A stretch of DNA of 63,647 bases, filler included, from Octopus bimaculoides (GCF_001194135.2; 6 parts of 6 records of this genome joined end to end with filler, not necessarily neighbours in it), one strand, 5' to 3'; shown: positions 43,401 through 57,220, numbered from the whole stretch's first letter. Notes: generated by a model from the sequence alone, not told the origin. Translations and numbers: made by a program.

Positions 43401-46400
43401 GTCTCTGAAATATTTATACGAAAGAAAAATAGAAAGAAAAAAAATAGCTAAGAGCAGAGAGAAGGACCTCGGTATCATTGTTCCGTTGTAATAAATGGTT
43501 AATGAGGTTCTTTCACAAAGTTTGGTGCCTTCCCGTCGTTTCCTTGTTGCCTTAATAAGTTTCTAATTAAAATCAGGACAACTGATTTTTTTTAAGGTCC
43601 TCTTTCCGACATTAGTTACTTCAAATGCAATTAATTGAAAGATAGATTAAACATTTTTGTTTTGCCGATAATGTAGCAGAACCCGCAAGAACTGTGCTGT
43701 TAAGGACATGACCAGTGGTGAAAAAAATCCACCGCAGTTGCATCCCAGGACGACAATGTCCTCTGCTCTTATAAGGACATGATATCATGCCATCTTATTA
43801 TCTAAATTTTGTTTTTATGCCATCAGTCCGAGATAAACCAACTGCTACTAGAACAGATAGCATATTTATTGATTGCGACAAATGGCCCATTTCATTATCC
43901 TGTTAATCTCCGAATGTCTCGGAAACCTGTCGGCGTTTAAGCAGCAGTGAAATCTATTTAATCTCAAATAATCCATCACAGACCATCTTCAACGACGGGG
44001 CACAAAATAACAGCACCTACTTTGTTCGTAATCCATCCCCACTTAGAATTAATTGCCAACATTTGTACTGGACAGGGGACATCGATCCACGCCACCGACG
44101 AAATGTTTGCCCTGCTCGATAAAATAATAATAATAAAAAAAAGGTCCGAATCCATTGATTACAACAATTTGATAACTAATTGCGAAGTTTAGATCGTATC
44201 AAAACACACTAGCCCACTTTCGTTACCTTGCTTTATTTGAAAATAAATAGGTATATTTATGTTAAAACTGCCTCCATCCGTCTTGTTCAAATCAATTGAT
44301 AATATTTAATGAAATCGATAACGACGATGGAGACGTGTTTGTCTGTTCACCCGTTATATCGACAAACCCCTGTGTTTGTCTATATTTGATAAATAAGATA
44401 TACAATCTTGTAACCACATGTAATTTTTGCAGTGAAATTGGGACCGTGGAGGGCTTTTCTTCTATTTCGGAGGAAGAACGAACCGGACACATTTTATTAT
44501 TCTTTAACAGTTCACTCCTCACATCTCCCTCCCCAAAACTACCGGCAATTATAGAGCTTCTTATTCAAAGTGTAAACATTTATATGCCTCGGTACAATCT
44601 CATTTGCATAATGGTACACACGGTCTCTCCGTCTGTGACTTTCTGCTCGTCTTTCTCTCCCCGTTTATATCTCTGCTTATCTGTCCATCCATGTCTGCTT
44701 CTCTTTTTCTTTCTTTCTCTATACTATCTTTCCTTATTCCTCTGCTTGTTGTTAAGTCTATTTCTCTGACTCACTGACTGACTCTGCTGTAATACAACGA
44801 TATATATATATATTATACATACATACATCTGCAACATCATCTAAGGGTTTTCATATTATGTATTGAAAGAAACGAGGAAGCACAGACTAGGTGTGACTTC
44901 TAAGTCTGTTCAAAGCCGCCTCAAGAAGACACGAACGTTGCATTACAAGCTAACAAGACACTTGACTCGACCAGTGCTCCTACAAAGCGGTTAGCTATAC
45001 TTCAACACTACTAACGAGTAGATGGATTATTAAAAGAGCAGTTTCACTAGAGATGATGCGGCAGAAATTGTTGACCTTTTAGTCAAGCGCTGTTGACACG
45101 ACCAGCTGCATCATTCGTGGACACCGTCATAATTTCTATGACACCTGTTGATTGTCGTTAAGTGCGTCAATGCAGTTTTCCATCTTCCCATAATAATTCA
45201 AAGTTAAATAAATTTATCGATAGCCATCCCCTACCTTTTTCTTTCTTACTTGTATCAGACGTTAGACTACGGCCATGCTGGGGCCTTGAAGAATTTTGGT
45301 CGAACGAACCGACTCCAGTACTTGCTTTTTATAATTTTTATTTTTTAAGTTTGGTACTTATTTTTATCGGGTCTGTTTTGCCGAACCGCTAAGTTACGGG
45401 GACGTAAACACACCGGCACCGGTTGTCAAAGCGGTGGTGGAGGTGGGGTCAAACAGACAAATGCACGCAAATACACATTTATACATATGTACACATATAT
45501 ACGATGGGCTTCTTTCAGTTTCCATCTACCAAATCCACTCACAAGGCTTTAGTTAGCCCGAGACTAGTAGAAGACACTTGCCCAAGGTGTCACGCAGTGG
45601 GACTGAACCCGGAACCATGTGGTTGGGAAGCAAACTTCTTATCACGCAGCCATTTTATTCTTCCCCTCCCCTCCAATTATACAAGGAGATTTTCCAACTG
45701 TTCCTCTCCAAGTTACCTATTTTTACAACTAAACTATTTTCACACAATGCCATATAGTGGTGGTGGTCATTACTTAGATTCGGGTCAACCCCTTATAGAA
45801 CAGACCCCTTCTAATCAAGGCTCTGACCAACCAGTCCTTTTTTGGTGGGAGGGGGAGGGTTAATCTATCTAAGACCACATTATCTAATGTCCTTCCTCAT
45901 TTAAGACATTAGGTATGATTTAATAAAAAATTAGCTGCTGTTTCTAGCCAATGTAACAGCCATCACATAGGATTGGCTTTGGCATGCTGATGGAACAAAC
46001 CTATAATCAAATGCATTCCAACTATGGCCACCCCATATCTTTACAGATATTTAAAGCCACCATCATATGACTCCTTGTTTTTGTTTTTTAAAATGTAAGG
46101 TGTTATCTGAGTGAGATTTGACTGCTGTTTCTAGTAGATTAAGTGGCTATGTCGTGTTGCCCTTGTTCGAGGCTGTTACTGCTATGTCGCTAGACATTCT
46201 CTTGCTTTGTTTTATGTGACTGAATGACTTGTAGGTGTTCATAATATTTCTAGTTTAGTCTTTGAAGTACTTACGTATGCATGTCTATGTATGTATGTAT
46301 GTATGTATGTATATATTTATGTGTGTGGGTGTGTATAGCTAGGTGAATTAAGAACTGGTGTATGTATGTATGTGTATATATATATATATATAATTTTGTT

Positions 46401-46749
46401 TAAAAGAGTTCCAACACTGTCTGTTTTTTATGTTTATTTATATTCCTGCAGAACCAATGTGTGGTATAGAATATGGAATATACAATATATAATATAATAT
46501 ACAATATATAATATAAAATAAAATAAAATAAAAATGGATGGCACCATGAAAGAAAGTATTGAATGTAGATGAAATATTGAGTGTTCAATATAAAGGATCA
46601 AATATATAAATATAAGTATATACATACACACACATAAATGCATAAATATGTTGAACAACCACTAATTCTGCCATGAGACAGTAGGAGAAACTGAAAGGAA
46701 TGCTTGTGGATTTACAAAGACACACACAAACATAAATATACACGACTGT

Positions 46750-46790
<41 letters not shown>

Positions 46791-46860
46791 TTGATATAAA
46801 GGTGTATGTGTATTTGTGTGGGTATTTATATTTCGATATGAAGATATAGATGTATGCGTT

Positions 46861-46891
<31 letters not shown>

Positions 46892-46950
46892 GTAAATATA
46901 CATATATTTCTTTTAATGTATGTATATTAGATAAATATATATATCCAAAG

Positions 46951-46992
<42 letters not shown>

Positions 46993-47181
46993 GGGAAAAT
47001 GTACGAAAAAACAACAGACGAGGACAGGTGGTGTAAACAACAAAAGGATGTATTAGTTTGACGCTCGGGAATACGGAAAGTCTTTGACGTTTCGAGCTAC
47101 GCTCTTCAACAGAAAGAATACGGAGACAAGGAGAAAAACACGGAGAAAAAAAATTGAATAGTGTTCAGTCAACGGTCAATC
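46993..47181 (-). mobile_element. ~190 bp short element with variant hammerhead (47081-47117), embedded in (TA)n
   Basis: Minus strand TCTTT-CTGTTGA-A-GAGC(GTA)GCTC-GAAAC-GT-C-AAAGA. Near-identical to 56914-57102 in the opposite orientation. Confidence 0.7.
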
Positions 47182-47297
47182 ATATATATAGAAGTAAATA
47201 GACAGATAGGTATGCACAAATTTGATTAACAAATATAACAAGCGATAGGCTTTAGAGCATGGGTAGGTGGACAAGTATGCACACACACACACAGACA

Positions 47298-47331
<34 letters not shown>

Positions 47332-47929
47332 GTGTGTGAGAGGGAAGCCAGGTGAAGATGGGAACAACTTAGAAGCATGGAAGAAGCAACTGGGGGAAGA
47401 AGCTTGCTTAGACAATTCTGTCTGTTCACAACGGTACACATGGCTTTTCAGAGCTTCTCTTCTCTTCTCTTTTCTTTTTATTTTACAACTCTCTTCTCTT
47501 CACAATTAGCACCACCACCACCACCACCACTACTACTACTACTTCCATTAAACATCAACATCCACCCCCACCCGCGTCGTTAACGAAAGTATCGTAGCTA
47601 TCACCATTGTCAGCTTTCTCCTCCTTTTCTTCACAAATCAGTGAGAGAGAGAGAGAGCCTCTACATGGTTGTTCGATTCGCTAGAAATGGTAGCCAAATC
47701 GCTCTCGAGTCACACCTTAATGTTTTAGAAAAAGAAAAAAAAAAGAGCCATGATACAGTATCAAATATAATATGAAAGAATAAAAAAACCCAAAATGTGA
47801 TGGTTGTGGCTTGTACACCATTGCTCGTAGGTATACTCAGCCAGGGTTAAGCAACAATATCACAACTAGTGTTAGTGCCAAAACAGTGAAAAAATATATA
47901 TATACCAATTTCATTCGCTACTACTACTA

Positions 47930-48460
47930 CCCAACAAGGAAGGCTCTGAGTGGTTATTTGTAATGTTAGAAATAGCAGCCAATATTCCTTCAAATTGTGC
48001 CTCAAAGGAAACAAAAGGACCAGCTCGGTAAAGCTGGTATGTTTGCATCTTTGGTGTGCTCAGTTAAGGCTGACCTGAGGCTAAATAACGACAGTAGCTT
48101 CTACTACTACTGCTGCTGATGCTGCTACTACTACTACTACTACTACCACCATCACCACCCAAGAAGGGAGCCTCTAAGTGGTTATTTACCAAGCTGAAAA
48201 TAGCAGCTGAGTTAAAGCTGGCCTGCTCAGCCAAGGTTGGCCTGGGGCTAAACAACAATGACCACAGTTGCTGCTGCTGCTACTACTGCTATTACTACTG
48301 CTACTACCCATGAAGGAAGACTCTAAGTGGTCATTTGTCATGTTAGAAATAGCAGCCAGTATTCCTTCAAATTGTGCCTCAAAGGAAACAAAAGGACCAG
48401 CCAGGTAAAGCTGGTATGTTTGCATCTTTGGTGTGCTCAGTTAAGGCTGACCTGGGGCTA

Positions 48461-48508
<48 letters not shown>

Positions 48509-48536
48509 CACCAGCACCCAACAAGGGAGCCTCTAA
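47930..48536. repeat. Tandem array of ~150-230 bp units separated by (CTA/CTG)n
   Basis: AGAAATAGCAGCCA..TTCAAATTGTGCCTCAAAGGAAACAAAAGGACCAG..CAGTTAAGGCTGACCTG is repeated and continues into the gap. Confidence 0.8.
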
Positions 48537-49540
48537 NNNNNNNNNNNNNNNNNNNNNNNNNNNNNNNNNNNNNNNNNNNNNNNNNNNNNNNNNNNNNNNN
48601 NNNNNNNNNNNNNNNNNNNNNNNNNNNNNNNNNNNNNNNNNNNNNNNNNNNNNNNNNNNNNNNNNNNNNNNNNNNNNNNNNNNNNNNNNNNNNNNNNNNN
48701 NNNNNNNNNNNNNNNNNNNNNNNNNNNNNNNNNNNNNNNNNNNNNNNNNNNNNNNNNNNNNNNNNNNNNNNNNNNNNNNNNNNNNNNNNNNNNNNNNNNN
48801 NNNNNNNNNNNNNNNNNNNNNNNNNNNNNNNNNNNNNNNNNNNNNNNNNNNNNNNNNNNNNNNNNNNNNNNNNNNNNNNNNNNNNNNNNNNNNNNNNNNN
48901 NNNNNNNNNNNNNNNNNNNNNNNNNNNNNNNNNNNNNNNNNNNNNNNNNNNNNNNNNNNNNNNNNNNNNNNNNNNNNNNNNNNNNNNNNNNNNNNNNNNN
49001 NNNNNNNNNNNNNNNNNNNNNNNNNNNNNNNNNNNNNNNNNNNNNNNNNNNNNNNNNNNNNNNNNNNNNNNNNNNNNNNNNNNNNNNNNNNNNNNNNNNN
49101 NNNNNNNNNNNNTCAATGGAGGCAACATACACATATATCTCATCATGGCACTCTGTTGGTTACGACGGCGAGGGTTCCAGTTGATCCAATCAAGGGAACA
49201 GCCTGCTTGTGAAATTAACGTGCAAGTGGCTGAGCACTCCACAGACACGTGTACCCTTAACGTAGTTCTCGGGGATATTCACCGTGACACAGAGTGTGAC
49301 AAGGCTGGACCTTTTGAAAAACAGGTACAGCAGAAACAGGAAGTAAGAGTGAGAGAAAGTTGTGGTGGAAGAGTACAGCAGGGTTCGCCACCATCCCCTG
49401 CCGGAGTCTTGTGGCCCTTTAGGTATTTTCGCTCAATAAATGCTCACAACACCTGGTCTGAGAATTGAAACCGCGGTCCTATGACCACAAGTCTGCTGAC
49501 CTAACCATTGGGGCATTGCGCCTCCACTATATGTGCATAT

Positions 49541-49571
<31 letters not shown>

Positions 49572-49577
49572 CATACA

Positions 49578-50208
49578 CAGGTCGTTGTAGACTTACGACC
49601 TCTCCGATTTATGACCGATGGACACAACGATGATTGGCCGACAATTGGCACTCTGTGTCATGCTGAATCTCACTGAGAACTACGTTAAGGGTACACATGT
49701 CTGTGGAGTGCTCAGCCATTTGCATGCTAATTTCATGTGCAAGCTGTTCCATTGATTGGATCAACAGGAACCCTCGTCGTCATAACCAACAGAGTGCTAC
49801 GATGTGATTGGCTCCCGGCAGCAATAATAAATAGTCCAGTTGAAATGTAATGGGTTTAATTTCTTAGAAATTAACCCGTCTACAGATGACGCCAGCTAAC
49901 AAACGCTTAAGCTAGGTTTGGGTATCAGGTCGCCACTGTGGCTATCCCAAGTGTTGGATGAATATCCTGTTGCAGAGACATCGAGGCAACCTTGTATTTG
50001 TTTATTAGATGACTGCTTGAGACTCCAAACAAATAACACTGTTGTAGTATCAATACAGAATGCTGTGTGTGACTTTTGCCCGAGAATGTACCTTAAGAAT
50101 GGGAAAATATAAAACAAAGCTATGTAGGCCTATAGGCCGACTTACGACCAAATTGACTTACGGCCAGTCAGTCGGAACCAGTTGCAGTCGTAAGTTGATG
50201 ATGACCTG
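49578..50208. mobile_element. pogo/Tigger-like non-autonomous DNA transposon with nested SINE fragment (49640-49800)
   Basis: TIRs CAGGTCGTTGTAGACTTACGAC and GTCGTAAGTTGATGATGACCTG, with TA on the right and internal repeated GACTTACG motifs. Confidence 0.7.
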
Positions 50209-52262
50209 TATTCTTTTATTCTTTTACTTGTTTCAGTCATGTGACTGCGTCCATACTGGAGCACCACATTTTAGTTGCAGAAATTGACCCCTGGACTTAT
50301 TCTTTGTAAGCCTAGTACTTATTCTATTGGTGTCTTTCGCCAAATAGCTAATTTATAGGGGCGTAAACACACCAGCATCAGTTGTCAAGCAATGTTGACG
50401 GGGACAAACACACACTCATATATACATATGTATACGACGGGCTTCTTTCAGTCTCACAAGGCTTTGGTCAGCCCGAGGCTATAGTAGAAGACACTTGCCC
50501 AAGGTGCCATGCATTGGGACTGAACCTGGAACCATGTGGTTGGGAAGCAGGCTTCTTACCACACAGCCATGCCTGTGCCTACAGTTCACATTTACCTTAT
50601 CAGCCAAGCCCTCAAATATTCAATTTTCTCTATTCGTGTCAAATAACAGTCTATCTATTTGAACAACAAACAACCCGGACATATTTTTTCATGTGGAGAA
50701 CCGGAAATGTGTGTGTGTGTGTTTACATTTTCAGTTTACAAAAGTTGCTTGCTACAGGCAATGTTGTTATTGATTCTTTTCCTCACTGCTGCTGGCACCA
50801 CTTAAAAAACACACCCAGCCCACTCTGTAAAGCGGTTGGCACTTGGAAGGGCACCCTGCCATAGAAACCAAGTCAAGCCAAGGCAGACAGCAGAGCTTGG
50901 TGCAGTCTTCTCTCTTATCAGCTCCTGTCAAACTGTCCAACCCATACCAGCATGGAAAATCAGACGGTAAATGTGATGGCTTTGTGCTTGACCTCGTACC
51001 ACAGCTTGGCAGTCGGCTTTGAGTTCTTTACATTACTTTGTATTACTTTCTAGGGCAGAGTAATTCTTAAGCATTTAAACTGACCTTATTTGGCCTAAAT
51101 ATTCTGTTTTATGTTCAAACCACCCAGATCCTGCCTCTCACACCTACCCTACAATGTCATCTCAAAAATAAGCAATCGCATCAGTGGAAGTTCGAAGCTA
51201 CATAATAAAGCATGATTAATTCCAAACTATCTCTGGAAACATTTTTATTGTAGGAAATTTCACCATAATGGAAGCATACAAGCAGACCGTAAACGAGATA
51301 ACTCATTTTAAAGACATTATCTCTAATTAGTCGTTATTAGCTGATGAATTTGCTATTTTCAGAAAACTGCTAATTTGCTTTGTTTTTGCAATTTTTTTTA
51401 CAGTCAATTTTCCTATGGCAAAAATGTTTATGGTGTAATTTCCTATAACCATTCCAAACAATTGAATAAACTAATGTATATTACATTTGCCAGATTAATC
51501 CAAAAGCTAAAGAGTTAATCCTGAGAGGATCAAGAAGTAATCCTTCCCACTCCTGCTTCAATCCTTAGAGTATCATGGAGTTATTCTTGCTACTCCTCGT
51601 CATTTGGTTCCATCCATTTTATGTTTGCGCAACGTCTGTGACCTTTACAGGTATCATCAATGCAGTCAACATTGAGATTGAAGTTCTATGGATCAATAAT
51701 TGCAGGAAATAAACAAATATGGATTGGGAGGAAATTCCAGCTAGTGGGGAAGAAGGACTGGGTAGGAAAACCGTGTTTGGTGCATGAGCTTTTTGAGACA
51801 CAAGTGTGAAGAGGAGATAGAGGTGGGAGGAGGTGTCTGGTGGTACCTGGGTGAAAGATGTGTGTGCGTGTACTTGGTCAGTTAAGCTGGGTGGATGTGG
51901 GTATGGTGACTGTTGGAGAGGTTGATGGAAGAAGAAACAGTTCTTCTATAAACGAGTGATAGCAGCATATGTGAGTGAGGTGGGATGAAAGAGTCTTTGA
52001 ATATCAAACAGTCTTATTTTGATTTGGGTTGGAATTTAGAATAGTTGCGTGACAACATCATTACATACATCATCGTCATCGTTTAACATCTACTTTCCAT
52101 GCTGGCATGCATTGGAGGCCTCACCAGGTTCCAATCTGATCTGGCAAGGTTTCTACAGCTGGATGCCCTTCCTAACGCCAACCACTCCAAGAGTGTAGTG
52201 AGCGCTTTTTACATGCCACCGGCACTGGGGCCAGTCAGGTGGCACTGGCATCGACCATGGCA

Positions 52263-52298
<36 letters not shown>

Positions 52299-52688
52299 GG
52301 TCTGGCTCAATGATTGATCCAATCAACCGAACAGTCTGCTCATGAAATTAGCAGGCAAATGGCTAAGCACTCCAGACATGCATGTCCTTAACATAGATTT
52401 CAGTGTGATACAATGTGACAAGGCTGGCCCCTTTTGAATTACAGGTACAACTCATTTTTACCAGCTTAGTGGACTGGAGCAATGTGAAATGAAGTGTCTT
52501 GCTCAAGGATACACTGAGCCACCAGCAATTGAACACATGACCATATGGTTGCCAACTGAATGCCCTAACCACTAAGTCACATGCCTTTATATACATATGT
52601 GCTCATATATATAAAAAAATTAACAGAATGAGATAAAAAAAACAAAACCCAAGGCTGTGAAAGATTTCAAAATATTTATAAAGAGAAG

Positions 52689-52736
52689 GTCTTACAGCTG
52701 TTTCCAGGATATTTTTTATATCTCTTCATTGAAGAC
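52689..52736 (-). ncRNA. Decayed hammerhead relic
   Basis: GTCT-TCAATGA-A-GAGATA..TATCCT-G-GAAAC-AGCT-GT-A-AGAC. Stem I, the palindromic stem III and the GUA site are intact, but the CUGA part of the core has three substitutions. Confidence 0.5.
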
Positions 52737-53359
52737 GGTGTGAGAAAATAGTTAAGTAATAGTTATTCTAGATATGAAATAGAGAGTGAAGTGGAGGAAT
52801 GAAAATAGACGTGAGATATGCAGGGATATTGTATCTGCAGTTCCATTATTTAGGCAGAATGGTATACATATAAGATTCCTGTATCTTGCGAGTAAGTTCC
52901 AATAGTATTCTTATATGTGCACATATAAGAATAATATAACATGAGGATGGAGAAATATTGGGCTTTAATAGCAGACCCCAGTAGAATAACATGTGACACC
53001 TGAATAATGGCATACAATCTCTTTAATGCATGTTACAAGGTTTTATCTAAACTACATCATCATCATCATCGTCGTTTAACGTCCGCTTTCCATGCTAGCA
53101 TGGGTTGGACGATTTGACTGAGGAGTGGTGAAACCGGATGGCAACACCAGGCTCCAGTCTGATTTGGCAGAGTTTCTACAGCTGGATGCCCTTCCTAACG
53201 CCAACCACTCAGAGAGTGTAGTGGGTGCTTTTACGTGTCACCCGCACGAAAACGGCCACNNNNNNNNNNNNNNNNNNNNNNNNNNNNNNNNNNNNNNNNN
53301 NNNTTAATTAATTAANNNNNNNNNNNNNNNNNNNNNNNNNNNNNNNNNNNNNNNNNNNN

Positions 53360-53399
<40 letters not shown>

Positions 53400-53746
53400 A
53401 ACTCACATATATACATGCATACATACACACACAACTACACATATACATTCACACACATGTACAGGCACATTTATTCATTCATACACATACACTCACGTAC
53501 ATGTGTTACTGTGAGTGTAAGTTTGATTGCATATACATATTGTGTGTGTGTGTGTGTGTGTGTCTACATAAACACACACACCTAAGCAGATTCATGTAAT
53601 TAGATGGTATACCCACACACACACACACACATGTATGTATATACATACATACATTATACTAGTGACTGTGTGGTAAGAAGTTTCCTTCTGAACCACATGG
53701 TCCGGGGTTCAGTCCCATTACATGGCACCTTGGGCGAGTATCTTCT

Positions 53747-53868
53747 AAAATAGACGCATTGTACAACAAAATGGTTCATATTCGGTTGATTAAAAATGTA
53801 ATGGCAAGTATTTATTGACCTTTTTCTTTTACTTTAAAAATCGGCACAAACTTTCCGGACTTTGCAAT
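53747..53868 (+). mobile_element. Mariner 3' end remnant
   Basis: RRIVQQNGSYSVD-stop, then AACTTTCCGGAC..AATA followed by TA. Confidence 0.55.
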
Positions 53869-55559
53869 ATATATATTTTGGAGCCGGTACCTCCTGACTG
53901 GCTCCTGTGTTGGTGGCATGTAAAAAGCACCCACTACACTCTCAGAGTGGTTGGCATTAGGAAGGGCATCCAGCTGTAGAAACACTGCCAAATCAGACTG
54001 GAGCCTGGTGCAGCCATCTGGTTCACCAGTCCTCAGTCAAACTGTCCAACCCATGCCAGCATGGAAAATGGACATTAATCAATAATGATGATGATGATGA
54101 TACATACATACATATAGGCGCAGGTGTGGCTGTGTGATAAGAAGCTTGCTTCCCAACGACATGGTTCCTGGTTCATTCCCACTGCATGGCACCTTAGGCA
54201 AGTGTCTTCTACTATAGTCTCAGTCCATCCAAAGCCTTGTTAGTGGATTTGGTAAATGGAAACTTAAAGAAGCCTGTCATGTGTATATATATATATATAT
54301 ATATATACATATATATANNNNNNNNNNNNNNNNNNNNNNNNNNNNNNNNNNNNNNNNNNNNNNNNNNNNNNNNNNNNNNNNNNNNNNNNNNNNNNNNNNN
54401 NNNNNNNNNNNNNNNNNNNNNNNNNNNNNNNNNNNNNNNNNNNNNNNNNNNNNNNNNNNNNNNNNNNNNNNNNNNNNNNNNNNNNNNNNNNNNNNNNNNN
54501 NNNNNNNNNNNNNNNNNNNNNNNNNNNNNNNNNNNNNNNNNNNNNNNNNNNNNNNNNNNNNNNNNNNNNNNNNNNNNNNNNNNNNNNNNNNNNNNNNNNN
54601 NNNNNNNNNNNNNNNNNNNNNNNNNNNNNNNNNNNNNNNNNNNNNNNNNNNNNNNNNNNNNNNNNNNNNNNNNNNNNNNNNNNNNNNNNNNNNNNNNNNN
54701 NNNNNNNNNNNNNNNNNNNNNNNNNNNNNNNNNNNNNNNNNNNNNNNNNNNNNNNNNNNNNNNNNNNNNNNNNNNNNNNNNNNNNNNNNNNNNNNNNNNN
54801 NNNNNNNNNNNNNNNNNNNNNNNNNNNNNNNNNNNNNNNNNNNNNNNNNNNNNNNNNNNNNNNNNNNNNNNNNNNNNNNNNNNNNNNNNNNNNNNNNNNN
54901 NNNNNNNNNNNNNNNNNNNNNNNNNNNNNNNNNNNNNNNNNNNNNNNNNNNNNNNNNNNNNNNNNNNNNNNNNNNNNNNNNNNNNNNNNNNNNNNNNNNN
55001 NNNNNNNNNNNNNNNNNNNNNNNNNNNNNNNNNNNNNNNNNNNNNNGGGAGAGGAGAGGGAGAGGGGAGAGAGAGAGAGAGAGAGACAAACAGAAGAAAA
55101 GAGAAAGAAAGAGAGAAGGACAGAAAGAGAGAGAGAAAGATGAGCGAAGTCATGCACCAGTTGACTTTGTGTAATCAGGTTTGACACTGAAATGAGTTGT
55201 TTGTGTCATGAATCAAGGTTAGATGGGTAGGTTGCTATGGAAGAGGGGGGGAGGGAAGCAGTGGGAGTAGTAAAATCAATGAGTATCCATGGTGACGTTG
55301 GAGACGTGTTTCTTGGTGGTGGGAGGGGTTCGAGCAGTGTGGTGCAGTTTGATGCAGTGACAGTGATGGTGGTTGTTCAGCGCAAGTTCAACTCTCTACT
55401 CACTTACACACTGTAAGAGACACTCCAGCAGTGACCACCAAGCCTTCCACCTTTTTTTCTTTTTTTTTTCTTTGAATTTCATCAAAACCATTATATATTC
55501 AATGTTACCTGCATTTAGCAGTCCTAAAATGTATGATTTGAAAGAAATTTGACTGTTAT

Positions 55560-55606
55560 TTATAGGAGGTCTAGCTACCATATACAGGATTCCCTCATTG
55601 GCTCAA

Positions 55607-55639
<33 letters not shown>

Positions 55640-55998
55640 AAAGAGCAAGGTGTGATTGGGGGGAAATTTGGCTGCTATTTCTATTCATTCTAGCTACCAT
55701 GTAGAGGTCTCCCTCATTGGCTCATACATACATATATACATAGATAAGAGAGTAGGGTGTGATTTGAGGGAGATTTGGCTGCTATTTCTAGCAGGTCCAG
55801 ATACCACGTAGAGGTCTCCCTCATTGGCTCATGCATACATATATACATAGATAAGAGAGTAGGGTGTGATTTGAGGGAGATTTGGTTGCTATTTCTAGCA
55901 GATCTAGTTACCATGTAGAGGTCTCCCTCATTGGCTCACACATACATATATACATAGATGAGAGTAGGGTGTGATTTGAGGTAGATTTGGTTGCTATT
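55560..55998. repeat. 107 bp tandem repeat running into a gap; inverted relatives at 61130-61400 and 61690-61770
   Basis: GAGGTCTCCCTCATTGGCTC recurs at 55704, 55811 and 55918. Confidence 0.85.
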
Positions 55999-56913
55999 NN
56001 NNNNNNNNNNNNNNNNNNNNNNNNNNNNNNNNNNNNNNNNNNNNNNNNNNNNNNNNNNNNNNNNNNNNNNNNNNNNNNNNNNNNNNNNNNNNNNNNNNNN
56101 NNNNNNNNNNNNNNNNNNNNNNNNNNNNNNNNNNNNNNNNNNNNNNNNNNNNNNNNNNNNNNNNNNNNNNNNNNNNNNNNNNNNNNNNNNNNNNNNNNNN
56201 NNNNNNNNNNNNNNNNNNNNNNNNNNNNNNNNNNNNNNNNNNNNNNNNNNNNNNNNNNNNNNNNNNNNNNNNNNNNNNNNNNNNNNNNNNNNNNNNNNNN
56301 NNNNNNNNNNNNNNNNNNNNNNNNNNNNNNNNNNNNNNNNNNNNNNNNNNNNNNNNNNNNNNNNNNNNNNNNNNNNNNNNNNNNNNNNNNNNNNNNNNNN
56401 NNNNNNNNNNNNNNNNNNNNNNNNNNNNNNNNNNNNNNNNNNNNNNNNNNNNNNNNNNNNNNNNNNNNNNNNNNNNNNNNNNNNNNNNNNNNNNNNNNNN
56501 NNNNNNNNNNNNNNNNNNNNNNNNNNNNNNNNNNNNNNNNNNNNNNNNNNNNNNNNNNNNNNNNNNNNNNNNNNNNNNNNNNNNNNNNNNNNNNNNNNNN
56601 NNNNNNNNNNNNNNNNNNNNNNNNNNNNNNNNNNNNNNNNNNNNNNNNNNNNNNNNNNNNNNNNNNNNNNNNNNNNNNNNNNNNNNNNNNNNNNNNNNNN
56701 NNNNNNNNNNNNNNNNNNNNNNNNNNNNNNNNNNNNNNNNNNNNNNNNNNNNNNNNNNNNNNNNNNNNNNNNNNNNNNNNNNNNNNNNNNNNNNNNNNNN
56801 NNNNNNNNNNNNNNNNNNNNNNNNNNNNNNNNNNNNNNNNNNNNNNNNNNNNNNNNNNNNNNNNNNNNNNNNNNNNNNNNNNNNNNNNNNNNNNNNNNNN
56901 NNNNNNNNNNNNA

Positions 56914-57102
56914 GATCGTTGACCAAACACCATTCAATTTTTTTTCTCCGTATTTTTCTCCTTGTTTTCTCTGTATTCTTTCTGTTGAAGAGCGTAGCTC
57001 GAAACGTTAAAGACTTTCTCTATTCCCGAGCGTCAAACTAATACATCCTTTTGTTGTTTACACCACCTGTCCTCGTCTGTTGTTTTTTTCGTACATTCTC
57101 CC
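56914..57102 (+). mobile_element. Second copy of the short element with variant hammerhead (56977-57013)
   Basis: TCTTT-CTGTTGA-A-GAGC(GTA)GCTC-GAAAC-GT-T-AAAGA. The left end abuts a gap and the right end abuts (TA)n. Confidence 0.7.
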
Positions 57103-57157
57103 ATATATATATTTCCAGCACACGATCTCAGATCAGGTCACTTGCTATGCAAGTACA

Positions 57158-57220
<63 letters not shown>

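Noticed and set aside
51336-51378. ATTAG-CTGATGA...GAAA..CTAAT as a hammerhead
   Set aside because: No stem II, and position 17 would be G; likely chance.
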